In this document: positions 1 to 64,000 of the stretch, piece by piece
How the letters are laid out: each line of letters begins with the position of its first letter
Position numbering within the stretch: position 1 is the first letter of the stretch
NCBI GenBank assembly: GCA_030141605.1
Contig: JAQGDQ010000313.1
Coordinates: forward strand, 186,001 to 250,000
From: Tubiluchus corallicola
Lineage: Eukaryota > Animalia > Priapulida
Reading direction: 5' to 3'
DNA length: 64,000 nt
The notes under the pieces: generated by a model
The model's input: the letters and a program-made list of their open reading frames with translations, nothing else
Told to the model about the DNA's origin: nothing
Database searches by the model: none
Translations under genes and position numbers: made by a program

Positions 1-52199
<52,199 letters not shown>

Positions 52200-55032
52200 T
52201 TTTATTTTCACACTGTTTGTGTACTTACATCGACTTAAATGGTTTAAGACGTGTTGATACTTTGAAGTCACATTTTGTTACATGAAAGTCTCGAAACCAA
52301 TCAGTTTCATTGTGATAACAGAAATTGCGTATCCAAGTTCAACACCTTTCGGTTAGCGGAAATCGGTTGCTACGGTGTGTCACTTGCTTAGTTGCTTACA
52401 CCTAAAATATAAAAAAATATAACAGAAATCTTATGATGACGTCAATGTTTATAAATTTTGGAATTTGTAGCCAACCTGATTCAATAAAATACTAATTCTA
52501 GATATTTTAATATTTCTTTTTCACCATTAGAGTAAATACAAAATTAAATTTTGCACCACATAATTGATCATTTTTAAGCCAAAAACTGCAGCAATGATTA
52601 CAATTTTGTTAACCGGGCTCTGTCTTAATTTACAACGCGGTATAGTTAATTTCTTTAGTTTGTCAAAAGCAGAGCACGCCTTGCTCACGTGACAAAGTGA
52701 AGTAAGAAGAGACCCATACACAACAAACCGCTCCCAAAAACATCAAATTCCTCCCGCACATAATAATATCCGCCCTCTCTCACTCACGCTAAAGGTTGAG
52801 ACTATTAATCAAGAACTCTTGGCTCAGTGACAAGTAGGCCCTGCTACTTTCTTCTGTTAGCAGTAAGCTGGTTTTCTGGCACTTCCTAGTCACGAAGGAA
52901 TGTGCCATGTAGTGAGCATTTATTTTCAACAATGGCATCACAATCTACCTTCAGGGGCAATCCCTCGGCCATCATACCTACCTTCTAATGTTTGAAGCAG
53001 CACCTGCACAATATGGTGCAATAGAAAATTTACGCAAACGAATAAAGCGTATGTATAAGTGAATAAAATCTGTCTTTTAAATGTACGTCTGAAAAGAAAT
53101 TAGAATAAATATTAAGGGATTATTACTGCTACAAAATTGTTCTCAATTAATATTAGGCGTAGGCCTATTCTTAAACACACATGATGAGTTCTTTCATACA
53201 AGTAATCTAAAAGTAATTCATAAATATGACTTCACAATCTCATGGCCTTTAAAACACTGAAACAGACTCAAAATTTACTATAAATCACTTTGCTCATTTC
53301 AAATAGTTATATGAATGAGGTCCCATTTAAAGACAATTAGACCAAGCCAAAAATATGCTCGAAGGTCATTTAATTTATTAAAATCAAATAACAAAATATT
53401 GAAAAGGTATTTAAAACCCACAACGAAACAATTAAATTATTTATGACAATAATGCGGACGGTAAAACATGAATCACTTAAGAAGGTCATCCAAGAAGAAA
53501 CAAAAACAATCAAAGAGCAAGACATGTAGCAATTTATCTACACAAGTAATAATTCACATTCACAAGGATTTAACCTAGAGATTATCAGCCATGGTCTAAT
53601 AATCAATAATAAAATTTATTGTCATTATTGTGATAGTTTTCTATGCAGCAGTTCACATGCCTTGTTGGCATCTTCATGGACAAAACATGTAAAGTTAAGT
53701 TATTCATGTTGAAATCGTACAAACATTACAATAAAAAAATAACTAAAATAGCAAATAAATTACAATGGTCGCCAAGACCGCTGCCCCTGTAAAATGGTCG
53801 TATTAGTTCGAAGAGAATAACTAAGTGGTCATTATTTGCTTAGAGAACGAAGTTAAGCAAAGCTGCATAGTTAGTGAAATGATAGGTGAAAATCAAGAAA
53901 ATTGGTTTTAGGTCTTTTTTACAATGTTCTGACTGGTTTCCCGTTGAGGAAAGATGTATAGCAATTAGAACGTCATACGACATTATTCTTGATAGTGATT
54001 AATCAAATGCAAGAAAAATAATAGCGGTCACCGTCAAAACAATTCTGTCACATTAGCGTGTCAAGAAAAAAATTTTACAATGTCAATTAAACAAGTCAGT
54101 TTACTACAAACGTCGGCTAACTCTGTTTAAAACAATTTGACACTTAAGTCAACCGATTTTGTATATTTAAAATATAACTAAATTTGCACATCATGCTATT
54201 ACAAAAGAAGTCAAGCTGACAACAGTTTTACCTTCTATCAAATAAACTGACAAAAAGAATTTTGGAAAACAACACTCGGAAGGATAAGCTGAAATTAAAA
54301 TGCATGAAAAAATTCAGAAGCTGAGAACGAAATCCCACGATTATTTTAAAACTCTAACTGACGTGTTTAGGTCAAAAAAGTGTAAATCTGTTTACTGTTA
54401 AAGCTCAACTTCTAGCAAGCTACTACTAGTAGGTAGTAACATACTAACCTAGTGTCCTCTCTTTCACGTTTCACAAAAAAGCCTATAATTTTACATCGCA
54501 TTAACCAAAAAGCTGAAAATAAAAGTAAAAGGCTCTCACCTTTACCATAAGCTGTAATTTCGTCGAAACTCATTATGTATAGAAAAGTGGGCTGTCAACC
54601 ACTGAGGTTTTCAGAAATAATGATTTGAGAAACGTGCACACTATATGAACTGGTAGGAGGCAAAACGCTCAAAACTAACACACCTAAATCAATTCAAGGT
54701 ATTATGGCTATGGCGATCTAAAGAAAGATGGAAAAGTTTTCAAGACAGGCAAACAGGTTACCAATTCTGATCGCCTGAAACGAGATTGATGAATCAGTAA
54801 TGTAAGGGGATGATATGCCCAAACGGGGCAGTGATATGTCCATGCAGATGGCCGTATTAGTATACGTCAAATGTCTCTTGTGTCTGTCTATAAATCAAAA
54901 TGAAAAATGACTTTGGTGGAAAAAATTAATTATCGGCTCAATTCATGCAAAACGGTTCGAACTATGCCTCAATACTAAAATAATGGAATTTTATACACCA
55001 GTCCAACTTGCTGAAGATATTTCACGAAGCTT

Positions 55033-56213
55033 GCACAACGTTTACACCTTTATTCAGTACTTTTTTACTCATTTGATCGGCAGTGAGTCAATCAGTCAGT
55101 AACCAATGAATCAATTAAAGTCAAACAGTCACTCAGTCGTCAGTATTTCATACATTAAAATTTAAAACCTGGACTACATATAAAATAATCATAAAGCAAT
55201 AATAAAGTTATTATAACCTCCAACTGCACATTCGGCTACTCTAATCTATTGACGATCTTGCTGCGTAACTTTGGGGAACTGGTCAATTCGTATAGAAAAC
55301 TATCGCATTTCCACACGTCGGGCATTCCCAAAAAAATTAGAAACAAGCTTACTAAAAAAATACAATTTTAAAAGTGATTCCGAAAGAATGGTTTGACCAA
55401 TTTACCAGATTTGATGTAACCAGATCGCAACCAGATTACAACGTGTGTTAGGCAGAGAAACTCAAGATGCCCAACGATTTCCCGGGGTTTTCGCCCTCCC
55501 AACCAAACTCCGTTCAAACAGATACACCTCAACTCCAACCAAATGTATGGAAGCACTCTATAAAATCAATAATGATTAAACATTATTGATTCTGTGGTTT
55601 TGTTTTCATGAAGCGTCCATTCTATTCTCAATGATGATCTACTCAATTAACGGCTAGCCAGTGACTGAAACCCGGTAATGAAACAAGGCAGTTATTCAAA
55701 GCAGACAGACTAATACTTCCGCGAATTGTGGCGAGAAAGCTGAAAGACAATACCTTCATGAATGTCTACGTGTAATACAGCAGTCAATCAGCAAATATCA
55801 ACAACTGTCTGTCATGCACGATTGTTTTGTTCCGGTAGATACTAGATAGTAATCAGCAGAAGTTGTGTCAGGCACTGATCTGACTGTAATAGTCTACTGA
55901 AAGAATAAGCGATCACGGGCCCAGTGCCTAAGTAATTAAGTGCAAGTTTTTAAATTTGTCAAGACATCATGACTGGAACACCGCTGAAATGAGAAACTCA
56001 ATGAACTAACTCTAAGCGTGCCGTTCACATGCACAGCGTTTACTCTTTTGTTCAGTACTTTTTACTCACTTAGATAGGCAGTAAGTCAATCAGTCGGTAA
56101 CTAATAAATCAATTAAAGTCAGTCAATCAAACAGTCACTCAGTCATCACTATTTCACACATTAATATTTAAAATCTGATCTACGTATACAGTAACAATAA
56201 AATTATTTTAACC
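55033..56213. repeat. Pair of ~185-bp diverged direct repeats (55033-55218 and 56031-56213)
   Basis: Shared TTCAGTACTTTTT, GTCAATCAGTC, AATCAATTAAAGTC, AAACAGTCACTCAGTC. Confidence 0.85.
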
Positions 56214-59200
56214 ACTATAATGACATGTCCACATACCTTTTTAAAAATACTATTTGTATCTGCAGGAGCCAGTAAGCCTGCGTCAGAATCTAGTATTCAA
56301 TGAAACAAAAAAAGCAGCGTCTATCACAGCACCGACAATATATGCATATGAATTACAGGCAATCTTAGACAGACCTAAAGTGTCGGTAGGCCTCAAGATC
56401 AAGCTGAGGATCAAGCGGTCACACTAACACTGATCGAGATGAAGTCCACAAATTTTGAAATCTACGTATTCTATGAAGATTAAATCGTCTTCGCACCTGT
56501 CACGAGACTCATGACATAGCGCATTAAATAACAGCAGGAATCATCTGAACTATACTCATACATCTGAACTATACTATAGTACATGCATATTGTATTATGC
56601 TAAATTTAGTGTAACGATAAATTATTTATTGAGGGGAATTTGATAATGAAGAATGACGTCAGTAGTACTGGCGAGAAAACTGAATGTGTTTTACTGTTCT
56701 GGAAGCCTCAGTGGAAGCTTTAGAATTTAGATAAATTTAATATATAACTGAAACGTTCTACTGCCTGCAGCGCAAAATATGTTCAATTATAAATTTAAAG
56801 TAATTTTGTTACCATTTCTGAGAAACTTTGACAATTTCTGTTAAACTGTAGCTATATAGGAAGTTCATACAAATGTTAGTTTTAGCATTCGTACCCCTAA
56901 TTGAACTTTACCAACACCATCGGTCTGCACTAATTCATCTGCTAACCTTCTTCCACGCACTTAACGCATGTGAAAACTATTACGCATTAGCAATTTGCTT
57001 AATTTACACATCTTATATAAACCAGAATACATGCTTTATAAATTGACATGCAAGGTGCCTCGGACGATGTAGACCTGCTTGATAAATAGGAATGATTTTA
57101 CATCTGTAAGATTACTTCTGAATTCTGACATCACATAAAGATGTATACCTAAATATTTAAAATGATGGTAATACAACCAGCTACAATATGCAGTCATTCC
57201 TCGGTGTCTTACTTTTACTTTCAGTACAATTCCACTACCCAACTGGTTCCACAAGAAGTACAACGAACCCGATATCACAGCTCGCAATACAAGCAATGTC
57301 TGTACAACTAAACTGTTTAAGGAAGAACCAAACGGTTCAAACACGAACTGGAAAACAAACCGACACTTTGTTGAGGAGCAACCACAAATGAAGTTTAAAG
57401 ACAGCAAGATAATGACTTTGAGCAATTACTGGCTCTCAAGAAGTCTACTACTTATTTAACATGCATTGTTTTTAACACCAGGCGGTTGCGTACACACCTT
57501 ACTTGACTTCCGATCTGTAATAATAATTATTGCAGTGATCAATCGATATTGTCCAACCTGCTGTACAATAACAGAGACGAAAACTGGTTTTCAAAAGTAT
57601 TTTAATTATTTATGCCGTCAGCCCAAAAAGCCTTGAAAACAGCGAATGCGTTAAATGCTTACCATATTGACGGTGTTCAAGGCCTTCTAAACAATTACGA
57701 ACGTTAGTTGCAATCAAACAACAGTTTTACATGATCGAGTGATTATAACATAAAAACAAAACATACATGTTAATGACAAATTGAAATTTTAGTTTCATAT
57801 TCTACTTATAACGCGTCTACATCTAGAATAGCTTTTACACAGCTGCACAACAAGCAAGTGTATTCAGACAACTCGAATAAAATGCAGTCAAAGCGGACGC
57901 CGAATTATAATATAACATAACGTAATTCTAAATTAAGTTGAGGTGAACAAAAGATAATTATGCGATCCAATGACTCAGTCGGAACTCATAATTACTGACA
58001 AATTTCAAAACATATATGTGTTCGGTATTCCATCTGTTGACGTGCCTTAATTATTGTTATGTGATATATTGTTATAAAAAAAAAGATTTCTCGAGTAAAT
58101 TATATGTTACCAACAGATAACTGTAACTAACTACTGCGTAAAATTTTTTTAGAAGCATGTTGTTCTTAACTTTGAGAAAATCGCGCAAGCATTTGGTTCA
58201 CTACGTCGAACAGCTTCAACAAGATCATAAACATAACAATACATTATACGATAAGCAAAATATTAAGTTTTATTTATTTCACTGCACTTGCCATTACTTA
58301 CGTTTTATTTTCTTCACACTAACAAAAAACTAGTTCTCTTGAGTATCCATCCATTTCGATATAAATATTACACTATTAATCAAGCTGCTATCAGACACTC
58401 GCACGATTACTGAGTTGATAACATTAACTGATTAAAATAAAGCAGCTTTTTACGACGAACACCACACCTTGTGACACCAAAGAGAATAATGATGAGTTCA
58501 AGATTCACTGAAGAGTCAAGCAGCAAATGCCCAACACACCTGTAAGCAGATACAGTAGCAGCAGCGATGAGTATTTTTAATTTTCATCCACGCACCAGTG
58601 ATCACAAAAGCTTTGCATTCCAGCGGCTGAGTGGCAAGACAGCCTGTTCTGCCGCTGGTGAACCCTCATTTGTACGCTAGAAGAGGTGATGAACCTCGCC
58701 TGTATCTGCACAAAATAGAGCGGATCCATAATTACCTCATTATGAAAAATGCACATGTCAGAGTATCAGTTAGTTACCACAATGAAAAGTCGTTCAACAG
58801 TCATCTTGTCGACTTAATTTCAGTTAGTATTGTACTCTGGAAATTACTTCGGTGAAAATTAAAGTCCTATTATAGCACTATTAATTATAGTAATATTAAT
58901 TTACACGATAATATTGATCTTGTTAATCGTTCATAATTTCATATGAATAGCCGCTGCTTTGTTTTGCTTGTTGTCAATATTGGGAAGGAGGTTTCCACAA
59001 ATCATCTCCTTCGAAACACCGTACAGTGGAACTCTCAACAGACACAGAGTACTATAGTGCCTAATCGATCAGTTATGACTTCTACAATCGTACTAGTAAG
59101 GAGCCTAATTAAAATATGATAGCAAGAATACGATGGTTTGTACGAAACACCAGGCATATCTGTTCAGCTGAGAACGGAGGTCGACCATTTTTCGCGTTGT

Positions 59201-60369
59201 GTAGCCCTAAATGACAAACAAGTGATCAGTCATTAAATATGTTAAAAGGACTAAAAAAGCCAGGCGTTTCTTGGTCTCATTTTTAAAAAAATAAACAGGT
59301 AAATGACCATTTAAATCGATAAGCTAAAGTATTTCAAGTATTTAGATATTTGAGGCTTTCGGCTCAATCTCAGCTAATTGCATAGATTTTCCCGTGGCTG
59401 CGTTGCTTTTCGTGTAATAGACCCTACTTGTTTTATTTGAGAACTGGAAATCGTAGGCAAATTTTTCAAATTCATGCAAAGGCAGACACGTAACTGGGAT
59501 TTCAAATGATTCATGACAGTATGCGATGTCACACTAATCAAAGGCTGTACGACAAAAATCCTTGAAAATAATCTACTGTCAGTAGGTAATGGCGTCCTTA
59601 TAACTTTAAAGTAATATAAATCTCGAACAACTACCTGCTTAAATCTCATAAAAATTAGAGGTGCCTTGTGTCGGTCACTTTTGTGACATTTCTGCGCAAT
59701 TTCTGCTAACTAGCAGCTGGGCCACCAAGAAGATAGCCTTATTTATATTACAGTGTTCAACGTTTTGGCTACAACTGAGCAGTTTTGTAATATTCTTAAA
59801 CGTAAAGCCCAAGAATAACGATACTATTTCCTTTGGTAAGTCAGTAATCCCTTTAAACTGTTATGTACTATATATAAGTTTTAATTCTAATGTGCTCCAA
59901 ATACTTGGGGAAACTCATATATGTTGAGTTTTCTTGTAAACAACATTTGGTAATGCACGGCAGCTTCTATTTTCCCAGAACGACACCCAGCAAACACTGT
60001 CTAATTGGCTCGCTCAGCCTTGATTGAAGCCAATAATGCCAGCTTCATTTATTATTTAATTTACAAATTGTAAATTACTTGCATTTATATCATACTGCAC
60101 AGTAAACAGTTTTTTAACTATTCCAGATAGTCTAATATCTGAGTCTGGTGTGCCACCTATTGGTCAAACATGCTAACTTCTGCCATTATTACTATATTTG
60201 TAGCTGTACATAATATCCCTCAACATAAACATGACTCTCCCAATAATGAATAAGTTTCAACAAGTTTTGATTATTAATTTTATGCAATGCTTTTGTTGAT
60301 TTATTGCAATAAACTTCTATGTACAGTATATGTATGTGTATCAATGTGTATGTATATGCAGGTGTGAAT

Positions 60370-60645
60370 GTAGGAAAGTTTTGTACAAGTAAGTATTGGT
60401 GCAGGTAAGTTTGGTACAGGTAATTTTGGTACAGGTAAATTTGGTACTACAGTATCATCTTAAGGTACAAGGAATTTTTGGTACTAGTAAAACGTGGTAC
60501 TGGGAATGTTTGGTATGAGGAAAATATGGCACCAGTATTGTTTGTAGTAAGAAATATTGATACAAAGAAGTTTTGGTACTAGGAAAATAGGTTACAAGAA
60601 AAATTTGGTTCTAGGAAAGTTTGGTACTGGAAAATTTGGTACTAA
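60370..60645. repeat. Degenerate 15-16-bp minisatellite (AGGTAAATTTGGTAC / GGAAAGTTTGGTACT)
   Basis: Recurrent TTTGGTAC core. Confidence 0.8.
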
Positions 60646-60919
60646 ACGAAAAAGAAAGCATTTCTATATCTCAGTACAAAATAATTGTTTCAACTAGAAA
60701 ATAAAGAAGTTTATACAGTCAATAAAGAAGTTTATTCAGTAGGGAGGAGATATGGTACTAGGAAAGTCTGGTTTATTAAAAAGTTCATAAAACACTATAC
60801 TGTAATTAATAGTGCTTGGCAACTAAAATTTTATCCATGATTATCCCACCTTTAAGACATATTCAGGGGCATGAATGCGCTCAAGGGCATTCGGGACAAC
60901 TTACGCAGAATAACAACTA

Positions 60920-61252
60920 ACAACTGTCTTTAGTAAATAACATGACAACTAATGCCTAATCAGCAGATAAACTGATTGTGCTTTTTCATGCACATAAATT
61001 TCCAGAGCACCAATTATTTTTACACCAAATTAAGACTTTCAGCAGCCAAAAAAGACTTTACAGTTTAAACAGAAAGTAGCTTCGAAATTTCAAAGATCTA
61101 CAAAAGGCAGAGACATGAGTGCCAAATCGGGCCGTTATTATAAAGGAATTAATAAGCCAGTAACCCTTGCTTTAAGACAAATTGGCAACAAATATATAAT
61201 CTAAAGTCCCTCTTACCTTTGTACATACGAACATATTATACCTGAGACGTAT
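60920..61252. repeat. Dispersed repeat, copy B
   Basis: Diverged copy of 12050-12382. Confidence 0.85.
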
Positions 61253-62870
61253 TAATTAGACTAGAGTTAATTAGATGTCACTAGATTAATAAAATCTACT
61301 GCAGTTAATTAAATTTTAGCTTTATTTACTTTAGAGTTGCATAAATACATTATGGAGATTTAATGTCCATTATTCAGTCATGGAACTATAGTATGTACTG
61401 AGATCAAAGCTAGAATTGAAAACAATTACTATACTGGCTTAATAAGGGTTTAATGCTGGCTTAACTGGCTGCACAAATTCTTCAGTAAGCATTACGGCTC
61501 AAATGTATGTTATGGAGGTAATGTACACCGTTTGTATATCTTTAATATTTATGTAATCATCAATGCTAATCCAAGGTACGTTTGCTTTCAACTGTTTTCT
61601 TCATGACTGGGCATACATGTTTACCCACTTTTGCTAGCTACAAGCTTAATTTTTTACTTTAATTCTTTGCTTCTACGCCCTAATCATAATATTAATTTTA
61701 AATACGTAAAGTTAGCTTATTATACGTAGTCACGATTGTCTCTTCTTTCCCATTATTGAACATTATTTTATTAGAAACTAACACATTTGTATAATAATGC
61801 AATCATCAATCGTTTTAAATGCCAAATCTGATAATTTTTAATTACTTGATAGATGCGCATTAATTAATTATATTAGTAACAATTCTGAGATGGTGGTATT
61901 CTGACGATAGTTCTTTCGCCACCCTTTCACCACTAATCCATAATTACTTATGCACTTTGTAATATTATTGTAAGTTGTACAGATTTATAAACCACTTAGT
62001 TATGTATTTTGCTATTTTAAAAATGGTGATAAACTAATAAAATTACTTACTTACTAACTAAGTTACCTGAATCGGACCTTAATGCAGCTTTAATACAGCT
62101 GGTTCCATGCTGGGCCAGCGCTGGCTGCCAGAACTGGGCCAGTAACTTGCCAGCGTGCAAATGGTTCTGCCGCGGTACAGGAAACTGATTACTGCTTTCT
62201 GACTTGCCTATAGTGTTCCAGTACCGTACGTGCCGCAATGCCAGTAATTAATGGCCCAAAACTGCAATGTTTACTGGGTAGGCCATTTGACGTTTGCGGC
62301 CAATAAAGCAGCGCCATATGATCGGCCTAACCTCGTTAGGTTAATTTGTCCTTTTTTAAAGTTGTCAAATAGTTGTCTTTATTTAACTTGCAAAGTCATA
62401 AATTAATGTAATCTACGTATTTTACTGATAGCAAAACAGTTAATCAGCAACTCTCAGACGTAAGCGTTGTGTATTTCTTTCCAATGACGAAATTAGACTA
62501 AATATTTCGATTAATTCACTTGAAATTTCGATCGACAGCGCAGACAATCATCAGTCTGTAATGAAATCTAGAGCCAGGCTGGTCTCTTTCTTTCCCTCGC
62601 GAACTTTAGAAAATTACAGCATTTTTCATAACAGTATAACGTACACCAGCAATAAAAAACGGTGGCTAATGTCCCGAAAATACATTAATTACGTCGAACT
62701 GTCGTTTTATGTTTCCTATTCTGACACCTGTCTCGTAATTCTGTTATTTGTTGCTATTCTATTACCTAGAATAATGCGAAAGCGTGTTTCGTTGAATTTG
62801 AATGTTTAGCTTCTAGATTATAGGTGCTCTTTAGGCCCAGCTAATTCATACATTCATTTCACCTAGGAGA

Positions 62871-63505
62871 GACAGTTTCGCACAGATGATACACGGAATT
62901 GTTGTCAGAAAATAAGAAAATTTTCGAATTTTTCTCCGACAACGCATGCAAAACAGTGCGAAACCGCGCGGTTTTTTACACGCGTTCAGTTAACTCCAAT
63001 TTGTTGCAATTCACTGGAATTGTAATTAACGTGTTTCATCAATAGTAGACCTACTCATTTTTAAAGTAGCCACTACTTCACATTTTAAGAATATAAATGC
63101 ATAATAATTATACATGTTTCCACGAATATCAGTATTACTATTGCATTAACAAAAGAAAGATCGTCTATATGATAAAAGATGGATAAAAAGTAATTTTGTG
63201 CTGAACTATCTTAATTGTTGTTGATTAAACAAGAAAGAAGTAATTAAGTAGTTAAAATTTAATGTAAATTCTGCGAGAAATCCTCACTAAAATGGAACAT
63301 ATTCTATTTCTGCCAAGCGGTAAAATTTCCTCCTGAGAAGGACGCATAGCTTCTTGCTGTAAATAGACTTTCTCACGAGAAAATACCTTGATGAAAATTG
63401 CTCGCGAGGTGTCTTTGTGAAATACGTCATATAAAGCAATGCGCCTCATCTTCGTAAGGAACGCCATAAGGAATTTTGCAGCGCGTATTCTGTGAGAAAT
63501 TGGCC
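62871..63505. mobile_element. Degenerate MITE-like element (possibly PIF/Harbinger type)
   Basis: Imperfect terminal inverted repeats: CAGTTTCGCACAGATGATACACG versus the reverse complement of CGCGTATTCTGTGAGAAATTG. Confidence 0.45.
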
Positions 63506-63917
63506 TTACAATAACACAGCAACAACAAATATTTATTAGTATTTTCCCTTTTATGCAGATATTTCAGGTTCTAATAAAAAACAGAAATTGCCCGCAACAT
63601 ATTTGAGTGAGTAGTGACTAGTCTGTCAATTTAACTTCCGTTTAACAGCAGCAGCTTCGTACTAGAAGTATGAATATAGATTCAGCAATTTACTTCGCAA
63701 ATGGGATGATTGTTGAACGTTCGATTTCCGTTTCGGCTTTTCAATTGCATGTCAGCTTTTACCCATATAAAGAGAGACATAGACCTATTCAACAAAACAA
63801 AACCATAAATGGTCGACGACGCTCTTACCAAGTTCTAACATCGATTACTAAGTTCTAACAAACGCCTCAAATCTTAACTTCAAAAACTGTAAAAAAAACA
63901 GTCATTGGTTCCATTTG

Positions 63918-63920
<3 letters not shown>

Positions 63921-64000
<80 letters not shown>
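63921..64000. repeat. (CT)n microsatellite running off window end
   Basis: Direct reading. Confidence 0.97.

Noticed and set aside
57036-57425. 129-aa minus-strand ORF as a separate gene
   Set aside because: Non-ATG start, no recognisable motifs, UTR-like composition

Overview
Eukaryotic (AT-rich, intron-rich, probably invertebrate) genomic DNA. Bases 1-52.4 kb hold the 5' portion of one unconventional myosin gene of class XV (Myo15/Sisyphus-like) on the minus strand. I traced 44 GT-AG coding exons by hand. They splice in frame into about 2247 codons: N-terminal SH3-like segment, intact motor ([23 protein letters not shown]), 3 IQ-like motifs, MyTH4, FERM-like start and a long low-complexity tail. 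The gene runs off the window at base 1. The most notable signal is that the two largest coding-region introns (6.1 kb after the IQ region, 9.6 kb before MyTH4) each hide a long same-strand ORF. Each has its own ATG behind an in-frame stop and a phase-0 donor matching the next myosin exon. One is a ~322-aa acidic segment with a YxxP motif, the other a 173-aa Cys-rich, palmitoylation-like segment. They look like internal alternative first exons for headless (motor-less) Myo15 tail isoforms. The rest is introns and upstream DNA with two decayed non-LTR retrotransposons, MITE-like elements, a tRNA-derived SINE head, local duplications and microsatellites. No CRISPR array, rRNA or intact tRNA was seen. 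All calls are from manual reading, with no database searches.
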